64,000 bases of DNA from positions 49,707 to 113,706 of the forward strand of contig LCBT01000001.1 of NCBI GenBank assembly GCA_000997385.1, written 5' to 3'. This document shows, piece after piece, positions 1 to 8,119 of this stretch. The position numbers and the translations under genes are program-made. The notes under the pieces are model-generated. The model made no database searches and was not told the origin of the DNA. It was given only the letters and a program-made list of their open reading frames with translations. This DNA comes from Candidatus Daviesbacteria bacterium GW2011_GWA1_41_61 (GTDB taxonomy: Bacteria > Patescibacteriota > Microgenomatia > Daviesbacterales > UBA10151). The stretch's first letter is position 1. Every line of letters begins with the position of its first letter.

Positions 1-1120
1 TAATTTTCCTCACATCATCAGCTCCTAAATCATGGGAAGGTTCCAAAGGAAAGTTGGAATGGACATGAAGATCCCCTTTCATATCTTTTAGCTCCACCAG
101 GTGTGGTAATTGATGCCCTAATGCCGCTTCAATCTCCCCTCTATCCTCTCTTAGCTCCGGAGGGGGAACATCCATTTTCAAAAGCTTGTAAAACTCCTCC
201 TCTGTGGGTGTGGGATGAACTCTACCTGTTTTGACATTTTTTACCCCATACTCAGACAAGGATAATCCCATTTTTTCTGCAATTGTCCTAAGATGAATAT
301 TGTGCATTTTGGAACCGGTAAAATATTGAAGCAGTGAGCCATAAGAGTGAGGTTTTAAAATCACAAAATCCACCTGTAAACCGGAAGAAAGATTCACAGT
401 CACTTTAGTCTCCCCCTTGTCAACAACTCGGGAAACCCCCGGCATAGAGACAATCTTTTCTACAACTTTAGAGGGTTCCCGAGAGGCTACAGCAAAATCC
501 AAATCTCCCACAGTGACTACCATCCTCCTTAAACTGCCCAAGACATCAATCCTTTCTACTGCAGACTGATCCTTAAGATAATTGATAATTTTTTCCGCTT
601 GAGTAAAAGCATAGGGAAGAAGTATCCTCCCACTCTTAATTTGGGGAAGAGTTTTCCTAAAGACATCTTCCATTCTTTGAGCTAACTTTTCTGAAAAACC
701 CTTTTTGATTAAGGCTTTGGATTTAAGCTGGTTTTCAAGATCATTTACACTTCTCACACCCAGTTTGCTAAGTTTTAAAGCTGTTTTTGGGCCAATTCCG
801 GGAACATCTAAAAGTTCAAATATAACTTTGGGAATCCCCTTTTTGACCTCTTCCCAGTGATCAACTTTTCCAGTTTTAAACAACTCTTCCAGATGATCTC
901 TCAAGCTTTCCCCCACACCGGGAATTTGATCAAGTCTGCCTTCCTCCCACAAATCATGTATCTCTGAAGTAGAGCATTCAATAACATCAGCAGCTGTTTC
1001 ATAAGCCCTGATCTGAAAAATATTACCCTGCCCCGAGCTTATCGAATGGGCTTTTTTGATGGTATAAGCAGCAGCTACTTCCCGAAGCTTTCTAGCTATC
1101 TGCCCATTAGTAAAAACCAT
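1..1120 (-). CDS. polX: DNA polymerase X family protein, partial (3' end outside the window): Pol-beta-like N-terminal core running into the start of a PHP domain
   Basis: Translation of the minus strand from the ATG at 1118-1120 has helix-hairpin-helix/nucleotidyltransferase-like segments (GIGPKTA, LGSLRR, VGDLDF). It ends in DLHVHSNF, which is typical of a PHP domain start. The ORF is open to position 1 and is not in the ORF track because it is truncated. Confidence 0.55.
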   Translation of the reverse strand, partial: MVFTNGQIARKLREVAAAYTIKKAHSISSGQGNIFQIRAYETAADVIECSTSEIHDLWEEGRLDQIPGVGESLRDHLEELFKTGKVDHWEEVKKGIPKVIFELLDVPGIGPKTALKLSKLGVRSVNDLENQLKSKALIKKGFSEKLAQRMEDVFRKTLPQIKSGRILLPYAFTQAEKIINYLKDQSAVERIDVLGSLRRMVVTVGDLDFAVASREPSKVVEKIVSMPGVSRVVDKGETKVTVNLSSGLQVDFVILKPHSYGSLLQYFTGSKMHNIHLRTIAEKMGLSLSEYGVKNVKTGRVHPTPTEEEFYKLLKMDVPPPELREDRGEIEAALGHQLPHLVELKDMKGDLHVHSNFPLEPSHDLGADDVRKI

Positions 1121-1192
1121 AGTATTAATATACATCTAGCTCATTTAATTGACCATACCTAGAAGCTCTGGTAAAATATATCAGGTTATTTT

Positions 1193-1267
1193 GGGCTCGT
1201 AGTGTAGCGGTCATCACGCCTCCCTGTCACGGAGGAGATCGCCGGTTCGAATCCGGTCGAGCCCGCA
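1193..1267 (+). tRNA. tRNA-Asp (anticodon GTC)
   Basis: Cloverleaf folded by hand: acceptor GGGCTCG/CGAGCCC, anticodon stem CCTCC/GGAGG, loop CTGTCAC, T-loop TTCGAAT, discriminator G. Confidence 0.85.
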
Positions 1268-1313
1268 TAGGCACGAAATTTTAATAATTCTTTGAAAAAT
1301 AGTGGGTCTTGAA

Positions 1314-1342
1314 GCTAAAAGTGTTCGCATCCAGTCAAACGC
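1314..1342. repeat. Intergenic motif D (CTAAAAGTGTTCG...GTCAAAC), GTGTTCR motif family
   Basis: Shares the 13-mer CTAAAAGTGTTCG and a downstream GTCAAA with the copy at 4621-4648. It lies at the 3' end of the APH-like gene, 3' of tRNA-Asp. Confidence 0.35.
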
Positions 1343-2338
1343 TTATTTAAAATAATCTAAATCTCTTAAGAATTTCGCTTCTGCTTTTTCTACAGCTGGT
1401 TTATATTTCCGTTGATGATACCAATCTAAAATCTCTAAACCTTTAAATAATCTTAACATATGGAGCACATCTTCAAAATTATCTCCAAAAAGTGATTTAT
1501 CAGTATATCCTTCCTTTAACCATTCGGTTGGAATATATTCACCAAACCAGTAATCCCACATTGCAATGTCATATATTGGGGTATCGCTTCTAACCCCACC
1601 CCAGTCTAATATACCAGTGATTCTATTGTCTTTCATCATAAAGTGTTTGTGGCCAAAATCTCCATGGTTTAGGTGTGGTTTCACACCCCTATACCAATTT
1701 CTAAAACTGCCAATAATATCAAATGCTCGTCCAATTTGAGTTCTCTCAAGACCTTCCGCATCAGCTACACCCTCAAATTGCTTTCTTTTACCCATTAAAT
1801 AATCAATTAACTCATCAGAATTGGTATATTGGCCTTTTCCTGCTCCAATAATCCATCCTACTCCTTGAGTTTCAATAGAATGTATCCTTGACAGAATTTC
1901 CCCACCTTGTCTTATTAAATTTCTCTGTAAGGATAGATCTAGCTTTCCAAAGTCAATCCCACCTCTTTCCAGAGGCTCCCCATCTAATTTTTCCATTAAG
2001 CACAAAGAACGTTCTTCGCCTTCAACTTTTACATATTTCACCAAAAGGATTGTAGGGGCTGGAACCTTGACCTTTTTAGCTTCATTTATAGCCCAAATCT
2101 CTTGTTGAAAATCGGGATGACCATGAGGCGAGATTCTAAGTACTACATGCTGGCCCTTAGAAGTAGCAATATCATAAACCTCATTTGCTTCACCAGCAAC
2201 AATCTTTGTTTTAGAAACTACTTCTAATCCACACCCTTCTCTCACCACTCCTTCAATTACTTCATCAGGTGTTGCTAGTTTAGAGTGTACGGAAGCTAGA
2301 TATTTTTCATAATCAGTTGGTTCTTTTTTAGTATCCAT
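1343..2338 (-). CDS. Phosphotransferase-family (APH/choline-kinase-like) protein kinase-fold enzyme
   Basis: 331 aa with a catalytic-loop-like LNHGDFGHKHF and a downstream ILDWGG (the HGD...D motifs of aminoglycoside/choline kinase-like enzymes). Confidence 0.6.
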   Translation of the reverse strand: MDTKKEPTDYEKYLASVHSKLATPDEVIEGVVREGCGLEVVSKTKIVAGEANEVYDIATSKGQHVVLRISPHGHPDFQQEIWAINEAKKVKVPAPTILLVKYVKVEGEERSLCLMEKLDGEPLERGGIDFGKLDLSLQRNLIRQGGEILSRIHSIETQGVGWIIGAGKGQYTNSDELIDYLMGKRKQFEGVADAEGLERTQIGRAFDIIGSFRNWYRGVKPHLNHGDFGHKHFMMKDNRITGILDWGGVRSDTPIYDIAMWDYWFGEYIPTEWLKEGYTDKSLFGDNFEDVLHMLRLFKGLEILDWYHQRKYKPAVEKAEAKFLRDLDYFK

Positions 2339-2408
2339 GAAGTCAGTATATCAAATCTGAATTACTATCTGTTGCAAAGTTTTGTACTGGTATATGATGC
2401 TTTTGTAC

Positions 2409-2440
2409 AGGTGTTCAAGATTTTCACCCTTGAGTCCGCA
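2409..2440. repeat. Intergenic motif A (AGGTGTTCAAGATTTTCACCCTTGAGTCCGCA), GTGTTCR motif family
   Basis: Closely similar to motif B (4055-4086) and motif C (4995-5022). It lies 71 nt upstream of the APH-like gene start on the minus strand. Confidence 0.4.
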
Positions 2441-2483
2441 TAAGTATAACATAAGAAAAGACCCTAGAATTTACGATAGTAAT

Positions 2484-3920
2484 TTATGGTACTGCATACA
2501 GCCTTTGACTGTGACGAAAACTTACATCAAAAGATTGTATAAGCTTCAGCTCATCAATATTTTTAGGAATCCATTTATTAACTAAAACAAAGGTTGGTTT
2601 GTCATCCGTTTTTTGCACCGCCACTGGTGCGTGAGGTAAAAATTTGTCGCCAAGTCTAAACGATCGGAGTATAATATTATTGTTATTTTCCAACATTCGG
2701 CGTAACCCATATTCCATGACATAACTTCCATCTAAATAAACGATAATCAGTTGACTATTCGATATATCTTTGATAAATGATGCGATTTCAAAAAGAGTGG
2801 AACCAGAGGTATAATTTTCAAAATAGACAAATTTATCTTCTAAAGCCATTTCTGTCTGATTAGTGGATTGAGTAATTTCTAAGCTAAGTTCTAATCTTAA
2901 TAACAACATAATACCAAAAAATATTAGAGCAATTTTTTTTGGTATTTCTGATAAAATTCCTGAAACAAGGATAACTATTGGAAAAAGAAGAAGTAATGTA
3001 TGTCTGGGGAAATAAAATCTGTTAAAAATTATCATGGGAAGGGCAGCAGCCAATAACCAAATTAAGGCTATAAAATATATCGTGGTAAATTTCAGTTTTT
3101 TAAAAAAAAGAATAATGGGGACTAATATCAGAATAAAATGACCGTAATAAGTCCAAAACCAATGAAGAGTTAACCAAAGATTATTATAAATCTTATGAGT
3201 TATTTCTGAAAGTTGAAGATTGGTTATAAAACTAGACCCACTATCATCCAGAATAGGCTGAAAATGAGGCCATAATGTTATTGCCATTATTAAGATGGTA
3301 AGAAGATAAATGCAGGCAATTTTTAAATAAATTGCTTTATTTACTTTGATAGTTTTTGCATTAATCATTAATATTGCTACAGCTACCGGGATTCCAAAAA
3401 AGGCTGTTGCTTTGGTTAAGAAAGCAAATAGCAGACTAACAAACAATCCCGTGAAATTGAATTTAGTGGGGTTATTTAAGCTATTGATAGTGAAGTATAA
3501 GTACCAAGCCGTAAAAACTAGGACCAATGTATCAAGTAAGGCAACACCGGAATTGAGTAATAATACCGGCGAAAATAGTAAAAAAATAGAGGCAAAATAA
3601 AGAAAGTTATCAGGTAAATTATACAACCTCGCAAATTTAGCAACCCAAATAATCAAGGAGGATGCCAGTAAGATATTTACTACTCTTCCTGCAAGGAAAC
3701 TGTCTTTTATTAGGAAAGTGAATACAGCTACAAGCCAACCAAACATAGGCATAAGGCCATTTTCCGAAAAAATAAAAAAGTTATTTATGGGGTCTTTGAC
3801 TATCTCATCTGCAAGTAATAAGAACATTGCTTCATCTTCAAACAAAGGAAAATTCTTTAAATCAATTAAATGCAGAGCTATAAAGAGGGATATAATAAAG
3901 AAGATGAATTTATTCTTCAT
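2484..3920 (-). CDS. GT-C fold membrane glycosyltransferase (ArnT/PMT-like, GT39/GT83-type)
   Basis: 478 aa with at least 10 predicted TM helices. A DE-containing first loop (FPLFEDEAMF) follows the first TM helix, as in polyprenyl-phosphate-sugar-dependent GT-C enzymes. The C-terminal soluble domain is extracytoplasmic. Confidence 0.5.
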   Translation of the reverse strand: MKNKFIFFIISLFIALHLIDLKNFPLFEDEAMFLLLADEIVKDPINNFFIFSENGLMPMFGWLVAVFTFLIKDSFLAGRVVNILLASSLIIWVAKFARLYNLPDNFLYFASIFLLFSPVLLLNSGVALLDTLVLVFTAWYLYFTINSLNNPTKFNFTGLFVSLLFAFLTKATAFFGIPVAVAILMINAKTIKVNKAIYLKIACIYLLTILIMAITLWPHFQPILDDSGSSFITNLQLSEITHKIYNNLWLTLHWFWTYYGHFILILVPIILFFKKLKFTTIYFIALIWLLAAALPMIIFNRFYFPRHTLLLLFPIVILVSGILSEIPKKIALIFFGIMLLLRLELSLEITQSTNQTEMALEDKFVYFENYTSGSTLFEIASFIKDISNSQLIIVYLDGSYVMEYGLRRMLENNNNIILRSFRLGDKFLPHAPVAVQKTDDKPTFVLVNKWIPKNIDELKLIQSFDVSFRHSQRLYAVP

Positions 3921-4054
3921 ATTTTAATTTGGGTGTGTTTTCTAAAACCATTTTCTCAATTATACACTATGGTTACCCAGGGTTTTTACAATCTGCCCTA
4001 GGTATGAGTATCTATTTGTTGCAATGCTTTGTATTGATAAATTACTCTTTAAAG

Positions 4055-4086
4055 AAGTGTTCGAATTTTAAACCCTCAAGCCCGCA
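4055..4086. repeat. Intergenic motif B (AAGTGTTCGAATTTTAAACCCTCAAGCCCGCA), GTGTTCR motif family
   Basis: Aligns with motif A over GTGTTC..ATTTT.A.CCYT.AG.CCGCA. It lies 135 nt upstream of the GT-C gene start on the minus strand. Confidence 0.4.
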
Positions 4087-4161
4087 GAAATCAAAAGTCC
4101 GGTATTACAAAACTGTTTAGAACCCGATGTTGATATATTTAGCTCCTAAAGAATTATTTAA

Positions 4162-4491
4162 CTAAATAGGTAGTCCTAGGTGTTCTTTAATTTCATCAAT
4201 TTCTCTTTTTGCCTTATCTGATTCCAGAGAAATCTTATCCCAAATAGCTCCGGTTGTTTGTTGAAGATCTACTACATCGACTGTCAAAGCGTCAATTTTT
4301 TCTCCCAGAGATTCTATGTTACTGTCTAACCTGGCCAAATCCTTACTTAAATCTCGTAAATTATTATTAGCTTTTAATCTTTCGATATTAGATTCATCCA
4401 ATTTTTGCTTCAATTTAGCTACCTCTCCATGAAGAGGCTTGATTTCTTCTTGAAAAACGAGCTTTATCTTTTTTATATCTTCATCAGTCAT
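4162..4491 (-). CDS. Hypothetical coiled-coil protein (109 aa)
   Basis: Heptad-rich, charged sequence (KLKQKLDESNIERLKANNNLRDLSKDLARLDSNIESLGEKIDAL). No recognisable catalytic motif. Confidence 0.4.
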   Translation of the reverse strand: MTDEDIKKIKLVFQEEIKPLHGEVAKLKQKLDESNIERLKANNNLRDLSKDLARLDSNIESLGEKIDALTVDVVDLQQTTGAIWDKISLESDKAKREIDEIKEHLGLPI

Positions 4492-4620
4492 AAAAATAGA
4501 ATATCAAAAATGGATAAAAACTAAAAGATGATCAACTATATCAAATTTGTGGAAGTTTTTTAAATTTGAGGTTACAATCCTAATCACTTCGATAAACTCA
4601 GTGTAAACTGTGTCGAAGAA

Positions 4621-4648
4621 CTAAAAGTGTTCGAGTAGTGTCAAAAGG
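4621..4648. repeat. Intergenic motif E (CTAAAAGTGTTCGAGTAGTGTCAAAAGG), GTGTTCR motif family
   Basis: 13-mer CTAAAAGTGTTCG identical to motif D. It overlaps the NUDIX stop codon and lies about 130 nt upstream of the coiled-coil gene start. Confidence 0.35.
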
Positions 4649-4943
4649 AAGTAAATATATATTTTTTATAGAGAACTGCCGTATCGGGACATAGTTCATT
4701 ATCAATAAAATCATCTCCCTGGTAATTTATATCAAACAGGTATTTAACAGGAGTAGTAAGTCCTGTTTCCTCAAAAAATTCTCTTCTAGTCGCTTCTTCT
4801 GGCTTTTCGCCTTCATTAATGTGTCCACCAGCACCTAAACCATATTTGTTAGGGAAATTCTTCTTATGAGAACTTCTCTGATGTACAAAAAATTTTCCTT
4901 TATCATTCCGAACAATGATTACTACAATGGGAATAGAATTCAT
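4641..4943 (-). CDS. Minimal NUDIX hydrolase (100 aa)
   Basis: Perfect Nudix box GGHINEGEKPEEATRREFFEETGL (G-x5-E-x7-R-E-U-x-E-E-x-G-U). TATAAT sits 6 nt before the ATG, so the transcript is possibly leaderless. Confidence 0.7.
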   Translation of the reverse strand: MNSIPIVVIIVRNDKGKFFVHQRSSHKKNFPNKYGLGAGGHINEGEKPEEATRREFFEETGLTTPVKYLFDINYQGDDFIDNELCPDTAVLYKKYIFTSF

Positions 4944-4994
4944 AAAAAAATTATACTATTCAAAACCTCATATTGCTTGATCAAACTTTTATAA

Positions 4995-5022
4995 AGGTGT
5001 TCACATTTTGAACCCTCAAATC
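4995..5022. repeat. Intergenic motif C (AGGTGTTCACATTTTGAACCCTCAAATC), GTGTTCR motif family
   Basis: Shares GTGTTCA..ATTTTGAACCCTCAA with A and B and contains the inverted repeat GTTCA-N5-TGAAC. It lies 52 nt upstream of the NUDIX start. Confidence 0.4.
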
Positions 5023-5057
5023 AATGGACTCTGTAGTCTACAGAGATAATATACTAA

Positions 5058-5095
5058 ACCCAATCTAATTGGGTAAATATATTACCTAGGTAATA
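5058..5095. promoter_or_regulatory. Two adjacent perfect palindromes (ACCCAAT-CTA-ATTGGGT at 5058-5074; TATTACCTAGGTAATA at 5080-5095), candidate operator sites
   Basis: Perfect dyad symmetry read directly from the sequence, inside the 456-nt divergent intergenic region between the NUDIX gene (minus) and the LysM gene (plus). Confidence 0.35.
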
Positions 5096-5399
5096 AATAT
5101 ACTCTTTAGCGTCATTTGTTATAATTCCCGAGGTTTACCGTAATATTTTCAACACTTTTTTGTATTTGTTAAATCCTATAATTTCTCCCTTTTAGATTAA
5201 ATATATTCTTCTACTAAAACCTTTAAATATTTTTTAAATGTTAAGTTTTTTGTAAAAATAGTTATGCAAAGAGAGTTGAAATTTAAATCATTTAAATCCA
5301 GCTTTCTAGATTACCCCAGCCCAACCTCTTGACAAAAGTTAAATTATCAGGTAAATAGAAGCTACAAATCGACCTATCTGCCTAGGGAAGAGTAAGGAG

Positions 5400-6050
5400 G
5401 TGAGTAAATTGCCAAAAAATATAAAAAGAGGTTCTGAAAACAGATCCTTTGCCGATAAACTTCAATCCGAAGTTAAAGGAAACAAATCCTATATTAATTT
5501 AGTTTTGGGACTGCTGATAGTTTTTGTAGCTGGTATTTTAGTACTTAATTACTTTAAGAAAAACCAAGACAACTTGGGACCAGCTCAACAGGTAGCTACT
5601 GAGGAAAACCAAGGAGATGTCCAACCTGATAAACTACCTGGTAAATACACGGTTAAAGAAGGTGATACTCTTTATTTAATTGCTGAAAAATATTATCAAG
5701 ATGGTTACAAATTCCCTAAACTAGCTGAAGCTAACAAGCTCAATGATGTTAACACTTTAGAGGTAGGACAAGTCTTGGATATTCCTAAATTAGAGAAGAC
5801 TACCCTGGCTACAACAGAAACCACCGAAATAAAAGATAGTGGAACTGGTACAGGTGGAGCTGTCAACCAAACCGTTTGGGGTGAAACAATTTCCGGTGAT
5901 TCTTATACTGTTGTAGAAGGAGACTGGTTATCTAAAATAGCAGGAAGGGCTTATGGAGATATCATGGCTTTTGACAAAATTGCCAAAGCTAACAATATTG
6001 CCAATCCTGATGTTATAGAACCAGGCACGGTCTTAAAGATCCCAAGATAA
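5400..6050 (+). CDS. LysM-domain peptidoglycan-binding protein (N-terminal TM anchor, two LysM repeats)
   Basis: GGAGG SD precedes the start. There are two LysM signatures, YTVKEGDTLYLIAEKYY...LEVGQVLDIP and YTVVEGDWLSKIAGRAYGD...IEPGTVLKIP. Confidence 0.8.
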   Translation: MSKLPKNIKRGSENRSFADKLQSEVKGNKSYINLVLGLLIVFVAGILVLNYFKKNQDNLGPAQQVATEENQGDVQPDKLPGKYTVKEGDTLYLIAEKYYQDGYKFPKLAEANKLNDVNTLEVGQVLDIPKLEKTTLATTETTEIKDSGTGTGGAVNQTVWGETISGDSYTVVEGDWLSKIAGRAYGDIMAFDKIAKANNIANPDVIEPGTVLKIPR

Positions 6051-6109
6051 TCCACACGATCTCGTACTTGAGCCTGCTTTAAGGGAAGGATATAATAACC
6101 TCACAAAGT

Positions 6110-6183
6110 GCGGGATTGGTTCAGTGGCAGAACGCTACCTTCCCAAGGTAGAAATGCGAGTTCGATTCTCGTATCCCGCTCCA
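6110..6183 (+). tRNA. tRNA-Gly (anticodon CCC), CCA encoded
   Basis: Acceptor GCGGGAT/ATCCCGC, anticodon stem CTACC/GGTAG with loop TTCCCAA, T-loop TTCGATT, discriminator U and a 3' CCA. Confidence 0.85.
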
Positions 6184-6285
6184 TAGGATTTTTATCGAAC
6201 TGACAAATTTTAGCTTCGGAATGTCTCTAAAATTTCTCAGAATCTATGCTTATAACCTAATACCCTAACGGGGTTCGAACTAATC

Positions 6286-6459
6286 TTAAACGCGCCATTT
6301 CTCCTCTTGATCAACTTCTTCAAAATCTCCCATCCATTTTGAACCATAAACATGTTGCATAACAGCACATGCTAATAAATAAACAACTTCTTGTATCTCT
6401 TTCAGTTCCTCATCTGATAAAACAGGGTAATATTTTCTGATTACGTCTAATGGTAACAT
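6286..6459 (-). CDS. Small hypothetical protein (57 aa) with a strong Shine-Dalgarno site
   Basis: Open frame MLPLDVIRKYYPVLSDEELKEIQEVVYLLACAVMQHVYGSKWMGDFEEVDQEEKWRV, preceded by GGAGGTGA 9 nt upstream of the ATG. Not in the ORF track, probably because of its length. Confidence 0.4.
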   Translation of the reverse strand: MLPLDVIRKYYPVLSDEELKEIQEVVYLLACAVMQHVYGSKWMGDFEEVDQEEKWRV

Positions 6460-6540
6460 CTTAAATAATCACCTCCAGTTCTATTCTTTATTAAAACTTC
6501 CGTTTTGCTTTTGTAATCTAAATCTGCTATTAATTAGATA

Positions 6541-7188
6541 ATGTCTAATCAAAAGGGATTATCTATTATTTTTGTTTTATTAGGAGTTATTGCAGTAATT
6601 GGTTCAGCTGTAGGAGTATATTTTATAGGTAAATCCCAGCTTCCGAAATCTCAAACTCAGAATCAGTCTATTTCTCAAACTCCACAACCTGCTCCTGTTA
6701 TTTCTTCTTCTGACGAAACTGCGAACTGGAAAACATATACAAATACGGAAATTGGATTTAAGGTTAAGTATCCTATTGGATGGGAGTATTCCGAAGTGAG
6801 AGAAGGTGATCCTCTTCATTTGTATTTTTATCCTAAACACAGTAGCGATCTTAAACCTAGAGACTCCAACGAGGCTCTGGCGCCGATTGAACTGGTTATA
6901 TTAAACGATTCTAACGCTCTTCAATGTTTGGCTGAAGATCAGAAAGCATGTCTAGATTTCAAGGTTGATGGAGTTTCTGCTAAGAAATACTCCTTAAAGA
7001 ACTTCCATGAAGTAGTTGCCTTTAAAAACAAAAACGGTAATCTCTTTTTCGAATTAATGAGTCCTAAATTCGATAAAAATGCTTTTGCTCCAGGGTCTTA
7101 TAAGGAATACTACAACTTCTATAACATATCTGAAGCAGAACGTAAGAAAATTTTTGATCAAATACTTTCTACCTTTAGATTCTTCTAA
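6541..7188 (+). CDS. Hypothetical secreted or membrane-anchored protein (215 aa)
   Basis: N-terminal hydrophobic segment LSIIFVLLGVIAVIGSAVGVYFI, then a Ser/Thr/Gln-rich linker and a soluble domain. No recognisable family. Confidence 0.55.
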   Translation: MSNQKGLSIIFVLLGVIAVIGSAVGVYFIGKSQLPKSQTQNQSISQTPQPAPVISSSDETANWKTYTNTEIGFKVKYPIGWEYSEVREGDPLHLYFYPKHSSDLKPRDSNEALAPIELVILNDSNALQCLAEDQKACLDFKVDGVSAKKYSLKNFHEVVAFKNKNGNLFFELMSPKFDKNAFAPGSYKEYYNFYNISEAERKKIFDQILSTFRFF

Positions 7189-7243
7189 CACTCTGCGAAT
7201 CTCAATATCCAGTTAAGCATTGAAGAAGGTGACGCAACTGAGC

Positions 7244-8119
7244 TTATTTCTTCTGTAGTTTTTTATTTTGTTCCTTAGGTAAATAATTCTGTGATGTAAT
7301 CACTTTTCTGCCGGTTTCGCGTTCAAGATTTGACCTGGCATCTCCGGCAATTTTGCCACCACGTCTGGAAACCTTTTTATTTTTCTCAAACCCTCGAGGG
7401 TGTTCTGTTTTGGTAATCTCTGTGGTGGCTGCTTCACCAAGTTGCGAGAATAAAAGTTCCAAGTCACTCATATGATCACGTAGATTTTGACGCTTGAGTC
7501 CTTTTATTTTCTTATATTCAGATGGAGTAACACCGAAGGTTGCTTTGGATATTTCTGCAGTTAATATTTCGTACTCTTTTGCCAGTTCTACACCATGTTT
7601 TTGCCATTCGTCTGTTAATTCTTCCCTAATGGCAATAGAACGCATCCGTCTTTCGATCCAATCCTCCGGATATCCTTTGGCTTTGTAAAGTGCTCTAGCC
7701 CGCTTTTGAGCTAACTCAGGGTCTTCTATTTCCTGCACTCTTTCATAACCAACTCTGGCTAACCATCTTTTAAAAGGTTCTGCCTTAGGTGAAGGAATTG
7801 ATTGGATAATCCTAAAAATACCTTCAGTATTAGCACATCTTACTTTCTGTTTTCCTCCTGAGGTTTCAATTAAAAGGGGGTGTTCAATTTGAACCCACCC
7901 TTTAGCCAATTCATCATCTCGGTTAAGCATATTCTTTAGGTATTGCTTGGGGTTTTGCGAATCTGTTAAAGCAGCGATTACATCTGTAATAACAAACCAC
8001 CATTCATTTTGATAAATTGTTTTACGGATTTTCCTATTTCGGAAAATGGCTATTTTAGTTGTTTGCGCTGTTTCTTGATTCATCGTTGTTAAAAATTGTT
8101 GCTGTACTTTATTATACAT
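7244..8119 (-). CDS. Bro-N domain protein (phage antirepressor-like)
   Basis: The N-terminal region IAIFRNRKIRKTIYQNEWWFVITDVIAALTDSQNPKQYLKNM resembles the Bro-N/KilA-N-like DNA-binding domain of prophage antirepressors. The C-terminal half is a charged helical region. Confidence 0.5.
   Translation of the reverse strand: MYNKVQQQFLTTMNQETAQTTKIAIFRNRKIRKTIYQNEWWFVITDVIAALTDSQNPKQYLKNMLNRDDELAKGWVQIEHPLLIETSGGKQKVRCANTEGIFRIIQSIPSPKAEPFKRWLARVGYERVQEIEDPELAQKRARALYKAKGYPEDWIERRMRSIAIREELTDEWQKHGVELAKEYEILTAEISKATFGVTPSEYKKIKGLKRQNLRDHMSDLELLFSQLGEAATTEITKTEHPRGFEKNKKVSRRGGKIAGDARSNLERETGRKVITSQNYLPKEQNKKLQKK

Noticed and set aside
3346-3600. Short plus-strand ORFs (3346-3600, 3718-3927, 3929-4120) inside or beside the GT-C gene
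   Set aside because: They run antisense to, or overlap, a well-supported polytopic membrane protein gene. They have low-complexity translations and no start context, so they look like typical shadow ORFs.
6255-6285. tRNA-like T-arm fragment (CGGGGTTCGAAC), a possible att-site duplicate of a tRNA 3' end
   Set aside because: Only a GGTTCGAA core matches, with no convincing alignment to the 3' ends of tRNA-Gly, tRNA-Asp or tRNA-Thr. This is insufficient evidence for an att repeat.
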